A stretch of DNA of 64,000 nucleotides from Lama glama (taxonomy: Eukaryota), in the NCBI GenBank assembly GCA_028534125.1, contig CM052817.1, positions 62,126,001 to 62,190,000 on the forward strand, given 5' to 3'. The notes under the pieces were generated by a model. The model made no database searches, was not told where the DNA came from, and worked only from the letters and a program-made list of their open reading frames with translations. Positions 51,706 through 64,000 of the stretch are shown here, piece by piece. Both the position numbers and the translations under genes were made by a program. Position 1 is the first letter of the stretch. The number at the start of each line of letters is the position of its first letter.

Positions 51706-54700
51706 GAGAAAGTAATTCTTCATTTCTTAAGATGATGAAAACCACTAAAAAATAAAATAATTACCTGAAAACCTAGTATTTTACTCCATTTGCTTTTTTG
51801 TCCACAGATTCTTTATGATGTTATGAAATCTGTTTTCTATTAAACTATTTACTAGTGATCAGAATGAAATCCTAATTGATCTTACAACCCGAGTCTCCCC
51901 TTTGAGCAAAGGTGGACACTAAAAAGAGGTTGTGCTCCCTCCAACTCCAGGGAGATTATTCTATGGTTCTCCACAGCCTAACGCGGCTGGCTGCCAGCAA
52001 AGGCTTTCTGGTAAATGCTATTTATGCTCACTCAATTAAAGTAAACGAATATTTATTGAGCTGTACATAAGACAGAATGTTGCAGTAATGTGGTAATGCA
52101 GTCACCACCTCACCATCCTAACCACCCTAACCACCCTAAAGACCCTCAACTTTTCTTCTTTCAGAGCTCAGCACCCAGGGAATTCACTCCCAGAGTGGTG
52201 GTTTTTTGGTACATGTTGAACATTTATAAAATACTAATTACTCCTGATGCTATAATGGATATACTCGATAATATAAAATACCCAAACCAAAGAAAGCATT
52301 CTTGCCTTCTAGAATTGAACTTCTAAAATATAAGCTCAGAATAGCACAATAGTTCTTTTAGAAATGGATAGCATGATCTTGTTTATGAGAGGTTACAAAC
52401 AAAAAGAACTTGCTGTGCAACACAATATTTCTATCACTTTGAAGGTCTTTTTATGAGGAAATGGCATTTTCAACATTTCTGCTTGAGAGGGCCTGAGAAT
52501 AAATACAAAGAATCAAATATGAAAACAAATCCTTAGTAAGCATTTAGAATGTTAATTTATTCTACACTTACTGTGTGTCTGGAAAAAGATGGATCAGGTT
52601 AAATAAGACTTACTGAAAAGTGTTATGAATCCCCACCCCTTAAAATAGGATGAAAACTCACAGACCAAGACCATATCTTTAGGTTCCAAGTCCAACTATT
52701 CTTCCTTATTACATTCATTAGGGATGTCTGACATAAAATTGAGGCAGATTTAGTCTTTTTAGTAAGCAATTTCATTGAGAATGTCAGCTATCTTCGTATC
52801 AAAGAGGACACATAAACAAAAAAAATCAATATTTTCATAAGCCTAGAGATCCAACAAATGTAATTTGTTGTAGCTATCAGTACTTGGTACACTTTTCTTT
52901 TTGAAAAGGGGATTGATAAATATTTCCCAATAAAACTTCATGCAAGTATGTTTTATTGATGCATATACTGAAAAATATAAAATTTTTTTAGAGTTCTGAA
53001 TTGGTTTAAATGACTTACTTATCCACTTTGTTTTCCTTTCTTTTAAATGGGAGGGTTTTTTTTTTTTAGATTTCATTACAATAAGCTGTAATAATTAAGA
53101 AATTCAACAGAACATTGGCTTCAACCAAGAGGTCCTGTAAACATAGTAGAAAGCATACTCTTCTCTTTCATGGAGGCATTAATATACTTACTGTGAGTAA
53201 CATGGAAAAAATACATGAAACTCAAAAAGGATCAGAAAAGAGAAATGTACATAATCCAGGTTACATTTTTAAAAGAATTTAAATGAAGAAAATACTCCAG
53301 TAAAGAAGAACAAAAGCTATTTTGATCAAATTTTATAAATCATATGATTAACACTTGCGATTAGCAAACCAAGGCCATCCCAGGATTTAATTCCAAGATG
53401 TTGAGATTTAGGGCCAGTTTTTCTGAAAGATCTAACTACCCTCAATCTCTGTAATGTTCTGCCTCAATCTTTCCACTGCATCTGGGCAAATATAAGCAAT
53501 GTTTTTCCCTGTCTCAATCATCAAGCATGAACTGCCCTCTCATTTCTGTCTAAACAAATAACTCTGCATCCTCCAAACTTCCACATGATCATTTTGGAAC
53601 AGATTTTTCTGACTCTAGTTAACCTAAAAGTCTCTCTACTATAGAATACAACTTATAACTGTAGTGTATTCTTCATAAAAGTAAAGAAAGATTTAATAAA
53701 CTGTAAAGGATAATATCTGAATCAGTTGTTTTGGAGGCAGAATGAAGCCCACTTTTCTCTGTCATTCATCTCCTTCCTCCACTTCTGGAATTTATTTTTC
53801 AACAAGATAAGGGAAGAAAAAATAAATTAAATTCTACATATTTCTCAAACATCTGTTTGAATGCTTAGTATTATTTCAACTACTATGGTAGATTACAAAG
53901 AAGATGTTCTTTGGGTTTCTGCTCTTATGTAGCAGATCTATTATTTGATATTTAATTCAAAACAAGAATCACAAGGTTAAAACCAAAATTACTTCACACT
54001 TATTTTTACTACACACTCTCTTTTTCACACTCACACACACATACACAACATGTTAATTGTTAACTACAAGAGTTTTCCTCAGAATATGAAATATAATGGC
54101 GTTTAGCAAACAAATGGTTATGATAATTTAATGTAACTATTTCAGGCCCCCCAAAGTAACACTCTTTTTATTGTGTTTTCCAAAGCTCTAAGATAATTAT
54201 GCTGCATAGTAGAGTCTCTATCATATCCCCTATTATGGATTTTATGGTTCATTTTACTGAAACATTTCTCCCCTCCTTTATTATCTAGAACTTGGATGCT
54301 TTTTTTCTCTAACACTTTCCTATTAAGACAGAAGATCAAGTTGATAATGTCCCATGGATCATAGTAAGTTCATCTATTTGTACTGGTAGAAGATCTGTGG
54401 TAACAGCAAGGGCCAACTGAACACATGTCAGATGTGCTGACTGGTCCCAGGACAGCAGGCAACATGCAACAAAAAAGAGAAGTTCAAGACCTCACTGACG
54501 ACAACAAGCTGCAGCAACAGCTTCCCAGCTGAGTGACATGAAGCCCATAATGGAAACATTACTCGTTTAGGTAGGCACACATGAAATATTAATTTCCTGG
54601 ATTGTCTGTATTTGCATAGTAATAATAAGTTCATCTTCTTGGCTTGTTCTGGCCTCAATTAGCAATTTTATTGTCATACCTGAGATTTGGGGAAGGAAGG

Positions 54701-56754
54701 AGAAGAGAAGGCTATAGAAAATGTCCCTCTGGAAACAGCAACACTAATGGAGCTTATCACTACCATCATTAATTTAATCAAAAACCTTGAGGCAGAGGGC
54801 TAGAACAATCTGTTAAGGAAACATTTTCTAAAATGAGAGTGCTTCCCATTTCAATTAGGGTCCTGCTCTTATTTTCTCTTTGAGACATTATTTTTCTCTA
54901 TTATCTCCCCTTTCCACCCCTCCCCCGTTCTTGCCATTGATTCGATCTGCAACTGGAGGCTGTATTTTTACTAAAAAATGTCTACTTGCAAATTGACAAT
55001 TTTGCAACAACATCCATCTCCTCTAACCTTTTTAACTGACTTCCTTATTTTTAATGACATCTCAATTAGTTCACACCCACTGTGCCAAAGATAAAGTCCT
55101 TGTATCTCAATGAGAGAATACTCTGGAGAGAATGGAGTTGGCTTCACGGCGTGCATGTTAATATGCTAGTCTCTTTAATTAGTTTTACAGATAATGGCTG
55201 CCAGTAGATAATTCTGCTGTACTTGTGTGTTCGTACTCACATGGGTGGTTAGGTGTATTCCCTCTTCCAGATACAAAACAACAAAACCATGAAGGAGGCC
55301 ACTGAGGAAAGAATTCTTGAAAATGGAATTTCAGCGATGACTATAGACATCATCCGTACAAAACAAAAATATCAATCCACAATTTCAGAACTATAAACTT
55401 GCTGATTTTTAAACCTCAGGAACACCATTATTAAATATACGAAAAGTGGTGGTGGTCTTGATTGGACAAAGAGCATTCTCCCTGCTACCTCCAGAGAACA
55501 CATTTACTAATGCAGATAAATCCTCTGACAAACTCTGCTGCAGTGATGATACTTTTATGTGAAAGGATTATATCTTCAGTTGGAGAGAATTTCCTTAGCT
55601 GATTATCACATGAGTATCCCTATATGAATAGCCGGAGGAAACAGAAGTGCATTTTGGACCTCTGACACTAAAGACATCAGTAATTTGGCCATGCTACCTG
55701 GTGCCACCTCCACCTGTGTTTACTGGCAGCTTATCCCAGTGGGTGCTTCATACAGCAGGAGGGAGCAAGGTGTCTGCTCTCGGCTTGCCTTTCCCAATGC
55801 GTTGTACTTTGAAATTTTAAATAATGCCTATAAATATAAGTAACACCTTGGAATTATGAGGTCATGAAACTGTATGTAAGAGATTCCATCTATGGACCAC
55901 TGTAAGATCTGAAAAGCTTTCATAAGAAAACACATTCTCAAAAAGGAAAAGAACGTTTTTAGATTGTTCTTTTCTATTCAAACAAATACATTTTCTGTCT
56001 TAACTTACAATATTTAAAATATGTTTGGAAACTGGGGAAGATAAATTATAAATATAAGGCATTTTAAACAGCATTTAGGGAGAAATGTCCTTTACAATAG
56101 AAAGTAGGTTTCAAAGTCATAAGTAATCTCAGTTTCTTTTTTTCTTTAAAAAGTACAGACTCTGTGTCATTCCTGAATGCCTGAGAAAGAAGTACTGGTA
56201 CACATGAGCGTTTGTATTTGTGTGATCAAGAGCCAGGCTCTAGTAACTCTAAAGTAGACATTCTGTAACAGCTCCATAATCTTCTGAGTTAAAGACACAA
56301 ATGACAGTGAAAAAAAAATTTCAATATAGTTATTATTGTCTCTAGAATAAATAGAAATATGCTCATGGTCTAAGCTAGAAGCTCTCAACATGGATAACTA
56401 CATAACAAAATTAGTTTCCATAAATAATGAAAACTAAATAAAAAAGATAGCATTGATTTACACATAAAAAGCTGCCATCTTTCTTCCCCCATAAGGGAAA
56501 TACTAAAACAGGCTCTATTTTTTCTCTCTCTGTTTCATAAAATTCTTAGTAAATTTTATTGAGGGATGAGAAATCTGGTGAGAGATTTCAAAGGTACTAA
56601 GCTATCATTCAAATAAATGAATAAATTGGAATAACCCTTGACATTCCTTTCCTCCCACATATTCCATATATACATGCCCATCCAGAGAAGCCAAAATGGT
56701 AACACTGAACTTCTCATATAGAAATTTTATATATTTAATATATGAGGAATAGGT

Positions 56755-56945
56755 AATATCGATTGCTCACATATGTTGGGAACTCTGCTGAGCGCTTTAT
56801 GTATATTAAAGTATTCAATCCTCTCAGCAACCTTGGAAATATAATAACCCTTTTACTTTTACAGATGAAGAAATGAGGCACAGAGAAGTACAGAAACTAG
56901 AAGTGATTGGTTTGGAATCCAAATCCATGCACTTTTAACCACCAA
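56755..56945 (-). mobile_element. MIR SINE
   Basis: 'ttcaatcctctcagcaacc...ttttacagatgaagaaatgaggcacagagaag...cttttaaccac'. Confidence 0.85.
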
Positions 56946-57369
56946 ACTATTTTCTCTGCAGGAGGGAAAAGAGCTGGCATAGGGTCCAGGAAACTTTAAT
57001 CAGCTGCTTTCTTTCCCATTATAATGACTCTCTGAGCCTCCATCTTCTCATTTAAAAAATGTCTACATAACTTGAAGTTGTAGATTTCCATGTCACTTTT
57101 CAGCTCCAATCTGCATAATCTTTCAAATTGTAAACTGCCCCCTAGAAGTTTAGTGTTGAAAGGGCATTTGAGATCCTCGAATCCAGGCTCCTTCTCTTCA
57201 CTAGGGCAATCCATCCTATAATATCTCTGATATATTATGATTTTTATACATAAACTTTTCTAGTGAAAGGCATAGCCCATAGCAACAGGAGACACTGTTA
57301 AAAGTTTAATTGCTAGGTATGTCTTCTTTTTATTGACTTTAACTATATCTACTGCAAGGATTAAATACT

Positions 57370-57940
57370 AAATCACTTCCTTTATTTCTGTATCTTTTGC
57401 TTTTTATATAACTTTCTACAAACATAAAGAAAAACAGAATTATTATGTAAACTTTTGGAAAACACAGGAATACTAAAAATAAATTTTAAACATCAACAAT
57501 TTAATCACCCAGAGAAATCCATTAAAAAGGATCTCTTCGGTTATTTTAATATATATATATTCCAACTTAAATAATTAAACCTTGATGTAGTGATCTTTTT
57601 ACTCAACATCATAATGTGAACAGGTATTCATATCATTGCCTGTTCTTGGCATGATTTTTTATAATTGTTTCAGCTTCTTTGTATTTTAAATTTTTTATTA
57701 CAACTCTAAAGGATTTTTGAATAATTTAGATATTCCCACTCTTAACCATTAATATTTTCTTTATGGTGTCTTGATTTGGTATCATTCATTTAAACTCCAA
57801 AAGAAGTTAAATATTTGCTTCTATTGTCTTGTGTTTCTCAACACAATTTTTATGGTTTCTCAACATTTTCTGTTATCTCTTTAATCCATCTGTCATTTAT
57901 CCTGGCATAATTTACATGGTATAAGAAACTATAAATTTTG
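57370..57940 (-). mobile_element. Ancient L1M fragments
   Basis: T-rich segments such as 'tctttaatccatctgtcatttat' resemble antisense L1. Confidence 0.5.
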
Positions 57941-57989
57941 TGAAACCCCACAAATGATTTTCTTCTATATAATAGGCCTTCAGGTATTT

Positions 57990-58340
57990 GCAGTCTGTGG
58001 TCATGCCTATCATTTCTCTTCCACCTAAGTCACAAGTATTCTCTGTTAAATAGGATCAATTCTATCTTTCCTCAAAGGTGTTTGGAAAGTAGTATCCTCT
58101 GTAAGTTCTCAAACCTGCCAATTTTATTTGGAAATGGGATGTTCGTAACTGGACACAATTTTTAAATGCACAATCAGTGTTCATGTATCTTAGGGCAGGA
58201 AATTATAATTCCATAAATGCAACTTACAAGATTAAATAGAGTTGTTGGCTACCACATCATAACCTTGGCATGAATTCAACGGGTACTTAACTAAAATCTC
58301 CCCAATCTTTTTCCCATGAACCACTACTGTCAAGCCTATT
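57990..58340 (-). mobile_element. CR1/L3 LINE fragment
   Basis: 'aactggacacaat...ttggctaccacatcat...aactaaaatctccccaatcttttcccatgaaccact'. Confidence 0.55.
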
Positions 58341-60429
58341 TTCTGAAAATGCTGGCAATTAATCTACAAGCCTTTCATCTACATAGCAGGGTACATGCAT
58401 TTGATATACATTGTGCTTTCAAATGGTGATTGTGTTTCTGATTTAAATAAGATTATGCATTTACCCAGAAACATAGATGGGGACTCAATGAATGCCTTTG
58501 ATAGGAGTGATAATGTGTACAGATGCTGGAGTCCCTGTTCAGTAATCCTTCCTCATAAACACACTCCATCTCACTGCAGCATAGGAAACACGATGCAATG
58601 CCTTCACGTGAGCAATGCCTTCACTTAAAACACACACCTATGGTACGATAATAGAGATTTCAGGGAATTCCTACAATGATACCAAAAAACAAACTTAAAA
58701 CTCCTCTGAATAAAAGAAGAATTTCAGGAACCAAAAGAACTGAGCAGACCACTTTTTTTGCAAAGCCCTTTGTGATCTTCTTAAGCCCATCTATTCAGAG
58801 TAAAGGTCAAGTGGGCAAAGCCAGCAATTCTATTTTCCCACAAAGCTGCTACAGTTTTCTGTCTCTTGACAGCCCCCCAGTCACTAGGAGTCTATTATCT
58901 CCCATTCTCTCTCCAGCACCACCCAGATCCTTAACTGGAAACACACTAAACAGCTTCTTTCTTTCATGGGTTGACTTTCAGCTTCTTGTAATGGCTTCAT
59001 GTTATACATCTAAAAGCTTTCTTCCCCTGCTCTGTTTATTTAAAGAGGGCAATTTGAGAAAGCAGAACCCACCCTAAACAAGCCTTTCACTATGGTAGAC
59101 CAAATGCAAGTAAAATTTGCTAATAAAGGCCTTTTCCAGTTCATTAGGTGGCACTTGAAAAGTAGCATCTAGATGACGGGTCTGAAGCTGTCTTTAAAGA
59201 CCATCTTAAGAATTTGATTTCTACTTGAAGGAGCACTTTGCATCTTGCTCTAAATAACAGTTAGTGATCCTTAAAAAAAAAAAACAAACAACAAAATCCC
59301 TGGAGTTTACCATCTAATCATACACACTACAGTTTGTGTCTGCATTCTATGAAGAACTCATGGAGTAAAAGCTTTCGTTTTTCTTGCCCCTATACCTGTT
59401 TAGATTGGTAGCTGTTTTCTTGTTCACGTAATCCAGATCAAGAAATTAAACACCACAAAATAAAATCTAGTTTTTCTGAGTTGACAGCTACTTGGCAGAT
59501 CAAAAAATCAAATCCTCCTACTTTCAAAGTTAAATGCAGAAAAAGGAGAGAAAAAAAAAGATTGCTTCTTGGCAGGCTTTAAGCTTTCCATTTAAAGGTG
59601 TTTGTACACTGATGTGATCAGAGCAAGGCCAAAGGAGACATGTTCATAGCACCAGAGTTAACGTATCAAGTTTAGGCTCAAGTAAGGTGTTTTCTTATAT
59701 TTAGTGCATATTTACTTGCCATTTCTTGACTGACAATTCTTTACACATAAGCCACACATTTAAACACATGCATATCCTTAACTAGGAAGAGAAAACAGGG
59801 TTGGATAACTGACTAAAAAACCAATGGCCCAAAGACACAAACAGAACTTGAAATGTCTTCAGGCTGAAGGTTAACGTGTATCTTAACATTAATGTATGAA
59901 GCAAGGTGGTGATATTTACTTATCTTAATTTCATGATAAGATGTATTCAAATTAAAATATTTTTAAAAGTGTCTGGTTCACCTTCAGTAATTGAGTAGTA
60001 AAGAAATGCACTTAAAACTTCTGGCCATGGGACCCAAATGGCAGAATTTTAGACCAATTTTTTCATTTTATCTTTGACACACCATACTGTCTTACCACAG
60101 TGCTACTGTTCATTTCCTAATACTTACATGACAAAATCAACAAAGAGAGTGGTTTGAATGATTAGGTAGAAGTTATCTCCAACTAAAATATATTCAAAAA
60201 GCCATTCTTCTTGTGTGTTACATCATGACACTTTACAGGATTTCCACCATTGGAAGTTGCAGTGGAATAACTGTATGGGAAGCAGCTGTCTTCTTAAGAC
60301 GGTGATACACCCAAGATTCTATGGAGCTTAAGATATGAGCACATAGGAATGGTGGCAAGTGCCCACAGCCTACAGGAGTTCTGATGGTGGCTGGCAGGAT
60401 GTAGCCCTAAATCCTTGAGCTGGCTACAA

Positions 60430-60720
60430 GAACTCTGTAATCTGATCTCAACTCACTTCTCCAGACTCATCTTTATATCCCGCCTCCTCAGCCACTCATA
60501 CAGCATACTTTATCCGGATGGATCTATTTGTGGACCCTGGAAAGCACCATTTTCCCTCGAGCACCTAAGTTTTTGCACTTGAATTTATTTATATCTAAAA
60601 TGTCCTCACCTTCTCACTCCAATTAATCCCAACTGCCTGACTAGGTAACTCCCACCCAGCCTTCAGTACTCAGCTTGAATCCAGTACTACTTAGCACGTC
60701 AAGTTAGGTTCCCCTCTTGT
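60430..60720 (+). mobile_element. L2 LINE fragment
   Basis: 'ttctccagactcatc...ttttgcactt...aactcccacccagccttcagtactcagcttgaa'. Confidence 0.6.
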
Positions 60721-60776
60721 GCAGGTGAATGGCACCCCTCACTTGCCCTCATAACGCTCTAGAGTGATGATGTAAA

Positions 60777-60925
60777 CAGAAGTTTTCAAAATGTGTCCAA
60801 AGGTCACATGCACCAGAATCTCCTCAGAGGTTTGTTGAAACCATTGTCCTAAGGAATCAAAATCTCTAGGAATGGAGCTGAGAAAGCTGCACTTCATAAA
60901 TAAACTTCCCAGATAATACGAATCC
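60777..60925. mobile_element. MER5-like hAT-Charlie DNA transposon
   Basis: 'tgcaccagaatctcct...gaatcaaaatctctagg...ctgcacttcataaataaacttcccagat'. Confidence 0.6.
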
Positions 60926-61223
60926 ATCTTCACGTCAGAGGCTATATTCTTTGCAGGACTTTGAAAGCACAGACTGAAGATATTTTTGTCATTTTTAAAT
61001 ATCAAGAATAAGAGTAATGATTCAAAAACATATTATTTAAAAAATGGAATCTAGCCTTTACAGGGGGATAAGAACCATCTCTTATCTCAAAAATCACAAT
61101 TCTCTATATGATTTTCTTCCTTTTCTAGTCTAGAAAAATGAAATAATACCCTATACATGTCAATTCTATTCCTCTCTGCAAGACATAGAATAATGACTCC
61201 TTTAAGGAAGACTGGAGCAAAAA

Positions 61224-61276
61224 TGTGTGCGTGTGTGCGTGTGTGCGTGTGCGTGTGTGCTTGTGTGCGTGTGTGT
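61224..61276. repeat. Compound (GT)n/(GTGTGTGC)n microsatellite
   Basis: tgtgtgcgtgtgtgcgtgtgtgcgtgtgcgtgtgtgcttgtgtgcgtgtgtg. Confidence 0.95.
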
Positions 61277-62949
61277 ATCCAGGAGAAGTACTTTTAAAAG
61301 AGACATTTTAATTAACCCCAATTTTGTAGACAATGCAGAAACACAGGGGACTTAAGACACTCCTGACCTATAGCTTTTTAGTGATAATGATGATGATAAA
61401 TGAGGCTACATTCTCCAGACTAGAAATACTTGCCACAGGCACAATTTCTGAACAACTTGCTTCCCTCACTTCTCAGTGCCCCATATCAAGTAATAATGAT
61501 GTCAAGCACAAGCACAGAAAACCAAGGGAACCAAATGAAAAAGATATAAAAGGAAATGAGTATAAATGAGGTTATGCAACTCTGGAGACATTTTGTAAAA
61601 CTCAAATTTCAATGGAGATAGTTTAGAAATTGGAATGACCTCCAAGGTTGGTTCTGCAATGAGTATCTGTGTTTCCTGAACAATTTTGGTGTCGTCTCTC
61701 AGGTTTTAATTAGCAATGGTGCCACCCTGAAAGGATTCTCAGCAATTTCTCGTAGACTCCAGGCCTTTTGCTCTCATTTTGAAGGTCTGCTTTCATTGTT
61801 CCTGCCATATAATTGATCTTAGCACAGTTGCTAATGCCAACAATCATCTAATTATCTTCTATGTAACATGGAGAATAAAAATAAGTTCCTTTGTAAAGCA
61901 TATCACACACTTTATTTTTTAAATGCCTGATGGCTTTTCAGAAAAAGGGAAATAACCATATCGTTTTCTACACACTAAACTATTTCTTTATGTGTGACAG
62001 AAACGTTGATTTTGGCATTTTGCCTACACCAAGAAAATCGGTGCTTTGAAGGCAGTAAGTGATGGACTACTTACACAGAGCCTGTTATAATCTCTCACCC
62101 CCTACCTTCTTGGAAAAGCAGAATTCACAGTGGTTGGTCAGAACACTGTTTGGGGCTGGAATAGGCCAAAACCACTCAGAAGTTTCTAGAGCCAATTAAA
62201 CACCTCTGATTTACTGATTTAATAAAGAAACTCTGTCTTCTGACCTCAAAGGGTCAATAAGAACAAACATCAATAAAAGGGAAATGTTTTTATTGAAAAC
62301 ACAGGGAGATCAGGCACAAGGTTTCTGATGTGATTCTGTGATGCACTAATTTATCAGTGAAATGCTCGTGGTGGGTAACAACTCATCAAGGAAAAGAGTA
62401 ATCTCTGTTTCACAGCCTTGGAATTATGCTACTTAAATTTTTACAGACAGGTTAGAAGCCAAACTACTAAGTACACCAGGATTCTTGGGCACACTTTCAA
62501 AGAAGCAATAGTTCTTTCTTTTATGTCACTGAAGTCAAACAGAAACTTGAAAAAAAAATTAAAGTAGAATCTTCTGCACATAGCTGATCACATGAACAGA
62601 CTCGAGTCTGTTCATTTCCTTTCTGCTGGACTGACAGGTGCTGGCGGACAGTTGAGGATTGATGAGGTCTAGTCTAACAGATTTATCTTTATACTTATTC
62701 AAAGAAATATCATGTCAAAAGACTTGAAAGTTTAAATGATGTAAATTATGCAAATAATTTGAAAGGTTTTTTTAGAGCTATGAGATATACTTATTATCAT
62801 AAAAGCAGGTACCAATTCTATAAAAATAAAAATTCATAAGAAAAGAATCAAATGGTCATATGTTAGAATAATCCTTTCCTGTTTGGTTGTGAGATTTTGC
62901 ATGATTATTATGTCTTTCCTTATTATTATCATTTTTGAGCATTCCCTTA

Positions 62950-63305
62950 CTTTTCCCAACATTTTATTATGAATATTAACACAAACATACAGCAACGTTG
63001 AAGGAATTTTATAGTAAATATCTATGAATCCACCACCTAGATTTTACTAGTAACTTTAAACACATTTCTATACACCTATCTATTCCTCTATCAATCAATC
63101 TTATGTTTTGGATGCATTTCAAAGTAAATTACAGAACCCAGTACACTTTCCCCTAAATATTTAAGAATGTATATCATCAACTAGAGTTCAATATTTATTT
63201 AGATTTTTATGCAACATTTACACAAAATAGATTTCACATATACTAAATTAAAATTCACTATACTTTGACAAACGAATGCACCAAATCCTTGTTAAAATCC
63301 AAACC
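62950..63305 (-). mobile_element. Ancient L1 (L1MC/L1ME) 3'UTR fragments
   Basis: 'ttttattatgaatatt...aaacatacagcaacgttgaaggaattttatagt...ccaccacctagatt'. Confidence 0.7.
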
Positions 63306-63314
63306 CTCTACACC

Positions 63315-63738
63315 AAGTATAAGCTGGCTCCAGGCTGTTTCTCTAACCACAACCCCAGTCCAACGTTTCTAGCTCACTCATCTCCAGTTTCACCAGCCTT
63401 CTTTCTTTTTCTCACACGAGCTGAGCTCCTGTTACCTTCACAGCCTGTGCACAGGTTAATCCTTTTTTTGGCCCCTCCTCTTTCTTCAGCTGTCACTTTT
63501 AAATATCACCTCCTGAAAAATGCCCTTACTGCCTGCTCATGTAGATTATGTCTTCCCAGTATGCTCTGTAGTCATTCTTACCAAAATTCAAATTACACAT
63601 TTGTTTATATTTTCTTCACTTAATGTTTATGTGCTACACTGGACTACATGCTCCATGATGTGGGGGCCTGATTCACTGTCATCTAACATAGTGAAACACA
63701 GCAGGCACCCAGCAGATAACTGCTAACCGAATGAATTA
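63315..63738 (+). mobile_element. L2 LINE 3' end
   Basis: Ends in 'acacagcaggcacccagcagataactgctaaccgaatgaat'. It accounts for ORF 63276..63623. Confidence 0.7.
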
Positions 63739-64000
63739 CAGTCTCTGATTGCTCTTTCTTAGACACTAATTCATTCTGTAATAATGAACCATCTTATTTT
63801 TCAGCCAATTTGTGTGTTTTGTTTTTTTCCTTCTTTAGACAGTAAGCCTTGGAGTTCCAGTGTATATCCATTCAATCGTATGTGTTTACTAAGCACCTAC
63901 TCTGCCCCAGACAGTTAACTAAACAATTAATAATAGGGGCATTTATTAGGGAGTGAGACAGAAATGTTTCTGACCTCATTCCATAAAGGAAAACAGGAAA

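Noticed and set aside
52113..52139. Interstitial telomeric repeat
   Set aside because: The unit is a 9-mer (ccaccctaa) in only three copies, not a CCCTAA array.

Overview
This 64 kb window is AT-rich, CpG-depleted eutherian mammal DNA, either intronic or intergenic. It is probably from a camelid, judging by two copies of a tRNA-derived SINE that resembles the camelid (Vicugna/Camelus) family. I recognised no intact protein-coding gene. The one clear gene-derived feature is an intronless NDUFAB1 (mitochondrial acyl carrier protein) retrocopy at about 13.5-14.2 kb; it has a degenerate target-site duplication (TSD) and still carries a 141-codon ORF with the ACP DSL motif. Most other recognisable sequence is old interspersed repeat: MIR, L2, CR1/L3, L1M, the hAT elements Charlie1, MER45A, MER5 and a Zaphod-like piece, plus two solo LTRs. 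There are also two assembly gaps and some microsatellites. Several repeat-free blocks hold transcription-factor motif clusters and minus-strand exon-like segments, which may belong to an unidentified host gene. Repeat family names come from my recollection of consensus sequences, and their boundaries are approximate. I found no evidence of a novel multi-component biological system.
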